Of a stretch of 64,000 nt of DNA, positions 45,826 to 56,238 are shown piece after piece. Below the pieces are notes generated by a model that was not told the origin of the DNA, searched no databases, and saw only the letters and a list, made by a program, of their open reading frames with translations. How positions within the stretch are numbered: position 1 is the first letter of the stretch; the number at the start of each line of letters is the position of its first letter. Origin of the DNA: Elusimicrobia bacterium GWB2_63_16 (GTDB lineage Bacteria > Elusimicrobiota > Elusimicrobia > Elusimicrobiales > UBA9959); NCBI GenBank assembly GCA_001799715.1, contig MGTZ01000038.1, forward strand, positions 11,558-75,557. The letters run 5' to 3'. Made by a program: the position numbers and the translations under genes.

Positions 45826-45923
45826 AGGGGACGTTCATTCCTAATTCCTAATTACAAATTCATCCGAAACAACCAGCCTGCTAAGCGCAAAACCGAATTA
45901 GGAATTAGGAATGAACGTCCCCT
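45826..45923. repeat. GGGGACG-capped perfect hairpin element E2 (28-bp arms, 42-nt loop)
   Basis: 45826-45853 AGGGGACGTTCATTCCTAATTCCTAATT is the exact reverse complement of 45896-45923. The plus-strand A6 run abutting the left arm gives a T-run after the stem on the minus strand. Confidence 0.9.
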
Positions 45924-45929
45924 CCCCGG

Positions 45930-46475
45930 CTATTTCCCGATCAGGTACAGCTTGTTGTCGTCCAGCCGGTAGAACAGCGGGAGGACCTTGACCTTGGGGT
46001 ACTTGTGGTTCAGCCGGCAAGCCTCGGCCAGCACGAACTCCGTCTCGTCCCCTATCTCGAAGAGGGGCGCGTAAGAAGCGAAATATTCGGAGGCCCGCTT
46101 GGCCGTCCAGCCGGCGTTCTTCACCATGCCCTTTATGAAGGCTCCGCGCCGGTCTATCAGGCTGGACATGCCGCAGTTGTCGTGCGCTATCATGGCCACG
46201 TGCCGCACGCCGCCTATGCCGATGGCGTAGGAAACCTTGAACTCGCTGTGGCGGATATTGCCGCCGCCGGTGCGCAGCTTGTAGGCGAAATTCTCCGGCA
46301 GGCGCAGCTGTTTGCGGTTGTCCATGCACATGCAGACCACCAGCCTGGCCTTGTCGTACTTCCTGAACGGCTCGCCCAGGTTGTGATAGCGCAGCAGCTC
46401 GCCGAAAGGCGTGGCCCGCAAGTTCTTCGGTATGTCGGAAACGGAATTTACGGCCTTCAGCTTTTTCTCGTTCAT
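45930..46475 (-). CDS. beta-class carbonic-anhydrase-like protein
   Basis: 181 aa. CMCMDNR and HDNCGM resemble the beta-CA zinc motifs CxDSR and HxxCG, with Asn in place of Ser. Confidence 0.6.
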   Translation of the reverse strand: MNEKKLKAVNSVSDIPKNLRATPFGELLRYHNLGEPFRKYDKARLVVCMCMDNRKQLRLPENFAYKLRTGGGNIRHSEFKVSYAIGIGGVRHVAMIAHDNCGMSSLIDRRGAFIKGMVKNAGWTAKRASEYFASYAPLFEIGDETEFVLAEACRLNHKYPKVKVLPLFYRLDDNKLYLIGK

Positions 46476-46750
46476 ATATCTCTCCTGCCGGCCAACAGGC
46501 CGTCCTTCTCCGCCCGAGGCAGCTTCTTGATCGCCGCCTCCAGCTTAGAGGCCGCCGACCGGTCCTTCTTCCTCCGCTTCCAGGCCAGCGTCACCGGCCC
46601 GAAAGCCGCCGTATACTTCGCCCCCCGCCCCGCATTATGGTCGGCAATGCGCCCCGCCAAATCGTTGGTTATCCCCGTATACAGCGAACCATTGGCGCAG
46701 CGCACCACATAAACCGTCCAGGATTTCTTCTTCTCAACTTTCTTCATCAA
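46472..46750 (-). CDS. GIY-YIG nuclease-family protein (UPF0213/YhbQ-like)
   Basis: 92 aa. VYVVRCANGSLYTGITNDLAGRIADHNAGRGAKYT. ATGA overlap with the downstream gene. Confidence 0.85.
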   Translation of the reverse strand: MMKKVEKKKSWTVYVVRCANGSLYTGITNDLAGRIADHNAGRGAKYTAAFGPVTLAWKRRKKDRSAASKLEAAIKKLPRAEKDGLLAGRRDI

Positions 46751-46757
46751 TTTACAG

Positions 46758-46842
46758 AGGGGACGCTGCTTCCTATCTTCCTAATGCAACCTCTCCCCTG
46801 GTCAGCGGCAGCGGTTTAGGAAGATAGGAAGCAGCGTCCCCT
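46758..46842. repeat. GGGGACG-capped perfect hairpin element E3 (27-bp arms, 31-nt loop)
   Basis: 46758-46784 AGGGGACGCTGCTTCCTATCTTCCTAA is the exact reverse complement of 46816-46842. Confidence 0.9.
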
Positions 46843-46857
46843 AGACGCCCTCAAGAT

Positions 46858-46931
46858 TGGCTCCCGGGCATGGATTTGAACCATGTCTAACCGAGTCAAA
46901 GTCGGTTGTGCTACCGTTACACCACCCGGGA
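46858..46931 (-). tRNA. tRNA-Gln (anticodon UUG), CCA encoded
   Basis: Cloverleaf folded by hand: acceptor UCCCGGG/CCCGGGA (U1-A72), anticodon stem ACCGA/UCGGU with loop CUUUGAC, T arm CAUGG-UUCAAAU-CCAUG. Confidence 0.9.
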
Positions 46932-46999
46932 ATAAAACTTATACAGCACAAAGACCCCTCCCGCGAGAACGGGAAGGGTGCTTTTTCCGTCTCGGGGCT

Positions 47000-47296
47000 T
47001 TAGAAGCCTTCGGTTTGGGTAGGAGTCGCCATCGGCCCGGCCTTGGCATTCTCATTCTCGTATTCCTTGAGAATGAGCTGCTCCAGACGGCCGCGGAACT
47101 CGTTATTGATCGGGTGCGCTATGTCCTTGTACGTGCCGTCCTTGATCTTCCTGGACGGCATGCAGACAATAAGGCCGTTATTACCGTTCACGACCTTCAT
47201 ATTGTGCACCACGAACGCGTTGTCAAAGGTCACAGTAGCGAATGCCTTAAGCCTGGCCTCGTTCCTGAGATGTATCCTCACTTCGGTGATTTCCAT
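47000..47296 (-). CDS. spoVG: SpoVG family protein
   Basis: MEITEVRIHLRNEARLKAFATVTFDNAFVVHNMKVVNG...VCMPSRK. Start set at the MEITEV Met. Confidence 0.9.
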   Translation of the reverse strand: MEITEVRIHLRNEARLKAFATVTFDNAFVVHNMKVVNGNNGLIVCMPSRKIKDGTYKDIAHPINNEFRGRLEQLILKEYENENAKAGPMATPTQTEGF

Positions 47297-47398
47297 CATA
47301 CGAACCCCCCCCACATGTTGTCCGCCCCCCCGTACACCCCTGCAGTTGCGTACTACTCAAGGCAGCGTTACTATTACTAGTCTGAATTCTAGCAAAAA

Positions 47399-48277
47399 TC
47401 AGCAAAACTTGGTCAAGAAAACCCTGTAACCTTTTATACGCCCCATAGCTTTGGCTATAAGCGCCGCTTTGGCCCTGCCCCGGCACAGGCCGAACACGCA
47501 GGCCCCGGAACCCGACATCAGGACGGCGTCGGCCCCCAGGCCGGCCAGCCTTTCCCTGGCCAGCCGCACGGCCTTATGCCGCGGCAGCACCGGGTCCTCC
47601 AGGCGGTTGAACAGCCGGCCGGACTGGCCGGGCACAAAGGCGCCTTTCTTCATAAAGGAACAGAGCTCGCTGAATTCCCTGAGCCTGGCCTTTATCTCCG
47701 GCGCGGCCCCCAGCTTCAGGTTGCCGTAAACATCCTTAGTATAGACCGGCACCCCCGGGTATACCAGCACGATGTGCGGCAGGCGGCCGGCCGGCTTAAG
47801 GGGTTTCAGTTTCTCCCCCCGCCCGCGGCCTTCGGCCAGCACTTCGTCCAGCATAAAGAAAGGCACATCCGAACCTATGGCCGCGGCTATTTTCATCAGC
47901 CGCGGGAAGGCGGAACGGGGCGTACGATAAAGTTTGGCCAGCCCCAGCAGCGCGGCCGCGCCGTCGGAGGAGCCGCCGCCAAGGCCGGCGCCTACCGGTA
48001 TGTTCTTTTTGAGCTTTATCTCCACGGCGGGGCTGATCCCGAAAGCGGCGAAGAATTTTTCCGCTGCCTTGTAGACGATGTTGTCCTGAGGCTTTCCGAG
48101 GGCGGGGCCGCCCTCCACCTTCAGGGCTATCCCGGGCGCGGCGGACCTCCGCAGCGTCAGCGCGTCGGCCAGCCCGATGCGGGCGAACAGCGTGGCCAGG
48201 TCGTGATAGCCGTCCGGCCGGCGCCGGGTGACTTCCAGGAACAGGTTCAGCTTGGCTCGGGCCGCTATCTTAACCAT
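47399..48277 (-). CDS. ispE: 4-diphosphocytidyl-2-C-methyl-D-erythritol kinase
   Basis: 292 aa. AKLNLFLEV, KNIPVGAGLGGGSSDGAA GHMP kinase motif. Confidence 0.9.
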   Translation of the reverse strand: MVKIAARAKLNLFLEVTRRRPDGYHDLATLFARIGLADALTLRRSAAPGIALKVEGGPALGKPQDNIVYKAAEKFFAAFGISPAVEIKLKKNIPVGAGLGGGSSDGAAALLGLAKLYRTPRSAFPRLMKIAAAIGSDVPFFMLDEVLAEGRGRGEKLKPLKPAGRLPHIVLVYPGVPVYTKDVYGNLKLGAAPEIKARLREFSELCSFMKKGAFVPGQSGRLFNRLEDPVLPRHKAVRLARERLAGLGADAVLMSGSGACVFGLCRGRAKAALIAKAMGRIKGYRVFLTKFC

Positions 48278-48278
48278 G

Positions 48279-50429
48279 TTATTGCGGCAGGTTGAGCGCG
48301 TTCACGCCGTCGAAGTTCATCTGCCTGCCGTCCAGCGTGACCTTCAGCGAGACCAGCGGCAGCTTGAACTCGAAAGTCTGCGGGAACAGGTAGAGCCCGC
48401 GCAGGAAATAATTTCCGGGCTTGAAGACCAGCCGCTTCTCGGCCGAGTTGCGGATCTGCTCGGGCCAGGCCAGCGCCTTGTCCAGGCACACCTCGCGCGG
48501 GCCGGCCGCGTAGCAGGCGCCGTCGAGGTCCGGGGGGACGGCGGGCAAATGGTCGCCGGCGAACCAGCCACGCAGCTCGCCGGTTATCAGCGAGGCCCAG
48601 TAGCTGAAAGCGCCCGCGTCCAGGCCCTTCAGGGCCACTTCGTCCATCTCCATCACGCCGCCGCTGGTCTTGGCCTTCCACAGCGGCACCATCAGCGGGC
48701 CCATCACCGTCAGGCTGAAATCGCCGGGCGGCGAGAAATGCACTATGGCGTCGAACTTCACCGTCTTGCCGCGCACCTTGCCTTCCACCTTGGCGAAGGA
48801 GGAGAACTCCATGCCGGCCGGGCTGAAAGTTCTAAGGTAGGCCTGCGCCAGCGCCGGCAGCGAGCCGGCGGGCAATTTGCCGGCCAGCTCCCTGAGCCGC
48901 GCCGCGGCCTTGCCGCGCTTCTCAGGCTGCTCCAGCAGCCAGGAATATTTCCAGGCCGTCCAGGCGGCGGGGTAGCTGCCGGCCGCCGCGTAAATGTCTC
49001 CCGCGTGCGCCCAGATTACCGGGTCGTCGTGCACGGCCGCCACGGCCCGGCGTATGGCCTCCAGCGCTCCGGCGTTATCGCCGCGCCTGTAGCGCACCCA
49101 GGCCAGCGAGTCCAGGAAGGCCCCGTTGGCCGGCTCCAGCGCCACGGCCCTCTCGATAAAGCCCTGCGCCTCCTCCAGCTTCAGGCCGCGGTCGGCCAGC
49201 GAGTAGCCCAGGTAATTGAGCGCGTTGGAATTGTCGGGCTTCTTGGCCAGCAGGTAGCGGAAATGCTCCTCGGCCGTGGCCATATCGCCCTCGCGCTCGC
49301 TGATCACCGCGCACTGCATGCGGGCTTCGGTATTGTCGGGGCTGCGGCGGATGATGCCCTTGAGCAGCTCCACGGCTTTCTTCGCCTTGCCGGTATCGTC
49401 GTAGCCGAGCGCCAGGAAATAGGCTATCTCGGTGTTGTCCGGCCACTTCATCGCGGCCTTCTCCAGCATGCCGATGGCCCGCTTGTAGCCGCCGGCCTGC
49501 GTGTAATAGTAGGCCAGGCGCAGCACGGCGTCGGGATCCTCCTTCAGGGCGGCCGAACCTTCCAGGAAGGCGGCGGCCGCCGGGAAATCCCGGCGCTGCT
49601 CGCTGATGATGGACAGCCAGTAGCAGGCTACCGGGTCCGTCCTGTCCAGCGCGTAGGTCTTCAGGAAATATTTCTCCGCCTCGTCGAGATTGACGGCGGC
49701 GGGCGAGGTGTAGATGCTGCCGATGTGGTTGTAGAGGTCCTTGTTGCGCGGCTCCAGTTCGGTCAGCTCCAGGTATTCCGCCAGCGCGGCGGCGGTGGCG
49801 CTGCGGGCCTCGTAAAAATCGCCCAGCATGTAGCGCGGCTGCGGGTAGTAGGGGTCGGCGGCCTTGGACTTGAGCAGGCTCTCCTCCACGCCGGCGGCGT
49901 TGCCCTTCATATTATGCAGCACGGCCATCTGGTAGTACACCTCCGCGGAATCTTCGGGCCGCAGCTCCAGATATTTGCCCAGGTAACCGATGGACTTTTC
50001 CGGGTTGCGCGAGCTCCACAGGCTGGCCAGCTGGTAGATGCCCTCGTGGGCGGCGGGGTCCAGTTCCACGCCCTTCTCGTAGGCCGAGCGCGCGCCTTCC
50101 AGGTCGCCCTTGGCCCAGCGCACATTGCCGTAAAGCACCCAGTTGTCGGCGGTGGCGGAGTCGGCCTTGACCACGTACTCGGCCCACTGCGCGGCTTCCT
50201 CCACTTTGCCGATGTGCAGCGCCAGGTTCAGCGCCTGCTTGTAGACGAAGACCGATTCGGGATCGATGGCCATGGTGCGGCGGTATTCCTGCAGCGCCAG
50301 GTCGTAACTGCCCTTGCGTTCCAGCACCATGCCGTTCATGAAGTGCAGGTAGGCTTCCTTGTCGGCGGCCGCGGAGGCGGCGGCGCGGCAGCAGGCGAAC
50401 AGCAGAACGGAACAGATGAGCTTCTTCAT
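48279..50429 (-). CDS. exported TPR-repeat protein (possible lipoprotein) with a non-TPR C-terminal domain of about 200 aa
   Basis: 716 aa. Leader MKKLICSVLLFACC. More than 10 TPR-like repeats. The beta-rich C-terminus shows no TPR pattern. Confidence 0.85.
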   Translation of the reverse strand: MKKLICSVLLFACCRAAASAAADKEAYLHFMNGMVLERKGSYDLALQEYRRTMAIDPESVFVYKQALNLALHIGKVEEAAQWAEYVVKADSATADNWVLYGNVRWAKGDLEGARSAYEKGVELDPAAHEGIYQLASLWSSRNPEKSIGYLGKYLELRPEDSAEVYYQMAVLHNMKGNAAGVEESLLKSKAADPYYPQPRYMLGDFYEARSATAAALAEYLELTELEPRNKDLYNHIGSIYTSPAAVNLDEAEKYFLKTYALDRTDPVACYWLSIISEQRRDFPAAAAFLEGSAALKEDPDAVLRLAYYYTQAGGYKRAIGMLEKAAMKWPDNTEIAYFLALGYDDTGKAKKAVELLKGIIRRSPDNTEARMQCAVISEREGDMATAEEHFRYLLAKKPDNSNALNYLGYSLADRGLKLEEAQGFIERAVALEPANGAFLDSLAWVRYRRGDNAGALEAIRRAVAAVHDDPVIWAHAGDIYAAAGSYPAAWTAWKYSWLLEQPEKRGKAAARLRELAGKLPAGSLPALAQAYLRTFSPAGMEFSSFAKVEGKVRGKTVKFDAIVHFSPPGDFSLTVMGPLMVPLWKAKTSGGVMEMDEVALKGLDAGAFSYWASLITGELRGWFAGDHLPAVPPDLDGACYAAGPREVCLDKALAWPEQIRNSAEKRLVFKPGNYFLRGLYLFPQTFEFKLPLVSLKVTLDGRQMNFDGVNALNLPQ

Positions 50430-50430
50430 G

Positions 50431-50877
50431 TCAGTCCTTTACGGGCAGCGTCCTTCTCAGCAGCAGGGCCGCGTCGGTGTTATTATAGAACTTCGGCCTT
50501 TTGCCGACCAGCTCGAAACCGCGGGCCCTGTACAGCGCTATCGCTCCGGCGTTGCGCTCATTGACCTCCAGGTCCACCTCGCGGCAGAGGTTCTTGGCGG
50601 CGTACTCCAGCAGTTTGCCCAGCAGGGCCGAAGCCGCGCCGCGCCGGAGATAGGCCTTGCCCACGGCCAGGGTGTTGAGCTGCACCTGCGGCCGCAGTAT
50701 CCAGAAATTTATAAAACCGGCCACGGCCCCGTCCAGCTCCGCCGCCAGCGTCACCGAGTTGCGGTTGCTCTCCTCGGCGGCGAAGCCCTTCTCTCCCCAG
50801 GCGGGGTAGCCGGGATGCTGCGCCTCTATCTCGGCGAAAGCGGGGTAATCCGAAGGCCTGGCCCGGCGTATCAGCAT
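50431..50877 (-). CDS. rimI: GNAT acetyltransferase, RimI-like
   Basis: 148 aa. LxVxKAYLRRGAASALL acetyl-CoA-binding region. Lies downstream of tsaE-tsaB. Confidence 0.8.
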   Translation of the reverse strand: MLIRRARPSDYPAFAEIEAQHPGYPAWGEKGFAAEESNRNSVTLAAELDGAVAGFINFWILRPQVQLNTLAVGKAYLRRGAASALLGKLLEYAAKNLCREVDLEVNERNAGAIALYRARGFELVGKRPKFYNNTDAALLLRRTLPVKD

Positions 50878-51605
50878 TATTTTTTCAGCCGCCGGCCCGG
50901 CCCGTAGCTGATATTGTTCTCCAGCTCGTACTTGGCCGGCTTGAGGTACAGCGGTTTAAGGCTGCGGTTCTTATAGGCCAGCGCGGCCTTGATGATATAG
51001 GCCGGGATGATCTTGGAAACAGAAGCAGGGGCCCGGGCGGCGGCGGGCGGTACCAGCGCGTAGACTCCGGGATCTTCCTCCGCGTCGGCCACGGCGTAAA
51101 GCGGTCCTCCGCCGGCGGCCAGGAGTTTCTTAGCCTCTTCGGCCTTCAACCACACCGGCTCCCCCTCGGGCGCGGGCCTGGCGCCCGGCGCGGCGGCGAA
51201 GAACTGGCAGAAATATTCGTCCTTGAAGGCGTGCAGCAGCACGGCCAGGCGGCCGCCGGACGGCGACCATCTCCTGAAATCCCGGCTCTCGGCGGCCTGC
51301 AGCGCCAGTATTTCGAAGAGGGTGGCCGTATGCACGGCCGCGCCGGCCATGGCCTTGAGCGAGGCGGCCAGCGTCAGCGAGATCCTGATGCCGGTGAAAC
51401 GCCCCGGGCCGCGCGCCGCGCAGACCGCCTCCACGCCGCGCAGGCCGGTGCCTGCCTTGGCCAGCAGGCGCTTGACCATGGGGAACAGTTCCAGCTCCTG
51501 GTTGAAAACCTTTTTCTGCGCGCCGAGGAATTTTTTTCCGTCGTAAACGGCCGCCTTCAGGCGCGAGCCCGAGGTGCACAGGCCGAGGATTATTTTTTCA
51601 GCCAT
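50877..51605 (-). CDS. tsaB: tRNA t6A biosynthesis protein TsaB (YeaZ)
   Basis: Start at MAEKIILGLCTSG (51605). GPGRFTGIRISL motif. Confidence 0.85.
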   Translation of the reverse strand: MAEKIILGLCTSGSRLKAAVYDGKKFLGAQKKVFNQELELFPMVKRLLAKAGTGLRGVEAVCAARGPGRFTGIRISLTLAASLKAMAGAAVHTATLFEILALQAAESRDFRRWSPSGGRLAVLLHAFKDEYFCQFFAAAPGARPAPEGEPVWLKAEEAKKLLAAGGGPLYAVADAEEDPGVYALVPPAAARAPASVSKIIPAYIIKAALAYKNRSLKPLYLKPAKYELENNISYGPGRRLKK

Positions 51606-52081
51606 AAAGCCTCTATCTTCTCCAGCTGGACCGAGTTGTCCGCCCCGGCGGAGACGCTTATCAGGCGGCTGTCGCCGCCGGTCAGCGAGAATTCTATCTT
51701 TATGGCGCCGCGCGCGCCCAGTTCGCCGGCCGCCTCGGGCCATTCCACGGCGGTGATGCCGTCGGTCCGGCCGAGGTACTCGTCGAGGCCGATATTTTCC
51801 ATATCGGCCTCGCCGGCGCGGAACAGGTCGAAGTGGTAGAGCTTCAGCCGCCCGCCGTAAGCGCGCATCAGGTTGAAGCTGGCGCTGACCGGCAGCCGCC
51901 GCGCGCCCAGCGCCAGGGCCAGCTCGCGGACGAAGAAAGTCTTGCCGGAGCCTATGGGCCCCTCGAGGAACAGCGCGTCCCCGCCGCGCAGGACGCGGGC
52001 GAACAGCCCCGCCAGCCGCGCGGTGTCGGCCGGGCAGGAGCTTTTGAATCTAAAAATGCTCGAAGCTTTTGACCTTGCCAT
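51590..52081 (-). CDS. tsaE: tRNA t6A biosynthesis ATPase TsaE (YjeE)
   Basis: 163 aa. LEGPIGSGKTFFVR Walker A, HFDLFR, EWPE. Start position uncertain (32-nt overlap with thiL). Confidence 0.8.
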   Translation of the reverse strand: MARSKASSIFRFKSSCPADTARLAGLFARVLRGGDALFLEGPIGSGKTFFVRELALALGARRLPVSASFNLMRAYGGRLKLYHFDLFRAGEADMENIGLDEYLGRTDGITAVEWPEAAGELGARGAIKIEFSLTGGDSRLISVSAGADNSVQLEKIEALWLKK

Positions 52082-53030
52082 TGAAATTCTCTATCACGGC
52101 CCCGGCGCCCTTCTCCACCCTGCCCACCACATAAGCGGCCGGCAGCAGTTTCTTTATCGCGCCCAGGTTCTTCTCCGGAGCGGTAAAGACCAGGCCGTAA
52201 TCCTCGCCGCCGTTCACGGCATAATGCCGCCACGGCCGGCCGGCGCTGGCGCTGCAGGCGCGCAGCTCCGGCGCGCAGGCTCCCTCGCCCACGCTCACTA
52301 TCACGCGGCAGCCGGACAGTTCGGAAATTATCGCAGCGCTGCGGGCCAGCCCGTCGGAATTGTCCAGCATGGCCGTGGCCAGCCGCCTGCCGCCCAGCAG
52401 CGCGCCGGCGGCCAGCTGCGGCTCCGGCCGCCAGAAAGCCTTTATGAGGCCGGGGAACTTTTTCGGAGCGGCGCCGCCCTTCATAAGCAGTTCCAGGCCG
52501 GCGGCGGCCTGCCCCAGCGGGCCGACGTTGAACAGCAGGTCTCCCGGCCTGGCGCCGTAGCGCGTCACCATGGGCGTAGTGCCCGCCTCGCCCCAGACCG
52601 TCATGTAAAAATGGTTCTCGCGCGCGCCGGCCAGGTTGCCCCCGGCTATGGAGATGCCGTAGCGCAGGGCCTCGGCCTTGAGCGCCTTCATGAAGCGCCG
52701 GGTGAAGTCGGGCGGGATGTCCTTGCGCAGTCCGGAGCCGACCACGCAGGAGACCGGCTGCACGTCGCCCATGGAGGCGAGATCGCTGAGGTTGATGCGC
52801 ATGAGTTTGCGGGCTATGTCCTCCGGCGTTGCGAAGCGCGCCAGGTAATGGGTCCCCTCCACCATCTCGTCGGTGGTGATCACCAGGTCCCGGCCCGCGC
52901 CGTGGCGCAGCACGGCGCAGTCGTCGCCGGGGCCGAGCAGCAGCCGCCGGTCCGACGGGAACCGGAAAGTTTTCTCGATATGCTCTATCAGCCTGGCTTC
53001 GCCGCCGGTCTTTTTCTTTTTCACAGACAC
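52050..53030 (-). CDS. thiL: thiamine-monophosphate kinase
   Basis: 326 aa. GEARLIEHI, GPGDDCAVL, SDLASMG, DNSDGL. Confidence 0.85.
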   Translation of the reverse strand: MSVKKKKTGGEARLIEHIEKTFRFPSDRRLLLGPGDDCAVLRHGAGRDLVITTDEMVEGTHYLARFATPEDIARKLMRINLSDLASMGDVQPVSCVVGSGLRKDIPPDFTRRFMKALKAEALRYGISIAGGNLAGARENHFYMTVWGEAGTTPMVTRYGARPGDLLFNVGPLGQAAAGLELLMKGGAAPKKFPGLIKAFWRPEPQLAAGALLGGRRLATAMLDNSDGLARSAAIISELSGCRVIVSVGEGACAPELRACSASAGRPWRHYAVNGGEDYGLVFTAPEKNLGAIKKLLPAAYVVGRVEKGAGAVIENFNGKVKSFEHF

Positions 53031-53902
53031 CCCAGCGCCGCCGGCAGGAAATCCAGCAGTTCCCCCGCCAGCACGCAGCGTTCGGTATATTTTTTAGCGG
53101 CCAGACTGCCGCACAGGCCGTGCAGGAAGACGGCCAGCGCCGCGCTGCCGGCCGCCGTCTCCGGCGTAAAGCCGCGGGCCAGGCCGTTCTGCGCGTAGAA
53201 GCCGGCCGTCAGGCCCGCCAGCACGTCGCCGGAACCGCCCTTGGCCAGTTCCGGTCCTCCGCTGATATTCTTGTAAAGTTTCCCCGCGCCGCAGACCAGC
53301 GTGCCCGGGCCTTTGAGCACGGCGGTACTACCGGTGAGCGCGGCCAGGGCCGCGGCCGCGGCCGGGCGGTCGGCTATCTTTTTTCCCAGCAGCCTGGCGG
53401 CCTCGCCGGGATGCGGCGTTATGATGGAAGATCCGGTTTTCAGTTTTAACGGCCTGGGCCCGGCGGCCAGCGCGTTGAGCGCGTCGGCGTCCACTACCGC
53501 CGGCAAGTCCAGCGCGGCCAGCAGTTTAAGGGCGAAAGAGCGGGCGCCCGCGGAAGCGCCCAGGCCGGGGCCCACAAGCAGGACGTCCATTTTTTTAACC
53601 CGGGCGAAGGCGGCCACCCGTGCGGCCGCCGCGGCAGTAAAAGTATCCCCGGCACAGGCGGCGAAGGTCATGGCCTCGGGCAGGGCGCAGGCTATGGTTT
53701 TCTGTATACCGGCGGGGCAGGCCACGGTGACCAGGCCGGCGCCGGCCTTGAGCGCCGCGCGGGCCGAAAGTATGGCCGCGCCGGCCATGCCGCGCGAACC
53801 GGCCACAACCAGTATCCGGCCGAAATCCCCCTTATGGGCATGGCGCGGCCTCGGAGGCAGCTGGTCGGCCAAATAAGACCTGGTAAGGACTGTTGCTTTC
53901 AT
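53021..53902 (-). CDS. nnrD: ADP-dependent NAD(P)H-hydrate dehydratase (YjeF C-terminal type, no epimerase domain)
   Basis: 293 aa. HKGDFGRILVVAGSRGMAGAAILSARAALKAGAGLV, GGSGDVLAG. Confidence 0.85.
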   Translation of the reverse strand: MKATVLTRSYLADQLPPRPRHAHKGDFGRILVVAGSRGMAGAAILSARAALKAGAGLVTVACPAGIQKTIACALPEAMTFAACAGDTFTAAAAARVAAFARVKKMDVLLVGPGLGASAGARSFALKLLAALDLPAVVDADALNALAAGPRPLKLKTGSSIITPHPGEAARLLGKKIADRPAAAAALAALTGSTAVLKGPGTLVCGAGKLYKNISGGPELAKGGSGDVLAGLTAGFYAQNGLARGFTPETAAGSAALAVFLHGLCGSLAAKKYTERCVLAGELLDFLPAALGCL

Positions 53903-53903
53903 T

Positions 53904-54274
53904 TCAGGCTTTAAAAGCTATCACGGCGGCCACGGCGTAAGTGGCTGTGTGCGAGATGGAAACCATCAACTGCAGGCCGGGCCGGCCGCGCACGCCCACG
54001 CGGGGGCGTCCGCTCTCGGTATTCTCCACCTCTATGGCGTTGAGCGGCAGCGAAGTCTCGTCGAGGGCCTTGATGACGGCCTCTTTAACCGCGAAGCGCG
54101 CGGCCAGGCGCTCGAACCTGTTCTTGCTTTTCCCGGCGTAGGCCAGCTCGCCGGGGGTGAAGACCCGCTTGAGGAAAGCCGGCTTGGCGGCCAGGCGCTT
54201 TATCCTGGCCACCTCGGCCAGGTCCACGCCCAGGCCGGCCACGGCCGGCGGCTGCTTGCGGGGCTTCGAGGGCA

Positions 54275-54275
<1 letters not shown>
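53904..54275 (-). CDS. acpS: holo-[acyl-carrier-protein] synthase
   Basis: 124 aa from MPSKPRK. GLGVDLAEV, RFAVKEAVIKAL, SISHT. 1-nt overlap with the glmS stop. Confidence 0.85.
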
Positions 54276-56152
<1,877 letters not shown>

Positions 56153-56238
56153 AGTTCAGTCGTTCCTTCCAGGGGTTACAAGACAGAACGCAGAACAGCG
56201 GGGCGCGGGCGCCGGTGTTCTGCGTTCCGGGGCGGCGC

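Noticed and set aside
7515-46842. Interpreting the GGGGACG hairpins as integron attC sites, CRISPR repeats or plain Rho-independent terminators
   Set aside because: No GTTRRRY/RYYYAAC attC cores and no integron integrase are present. The copies are dispersed, not arrayed with spacers. The stems (26-28 bp) and loops (31-44 nt) are far larger than terminators, and only E2 has a T-run.
48228-50564. 778-aa plus-strand ORF
   Set aside because: Antisense to the TPR protein and to rimI and ispE ends. No motifs. Shadow ORF.
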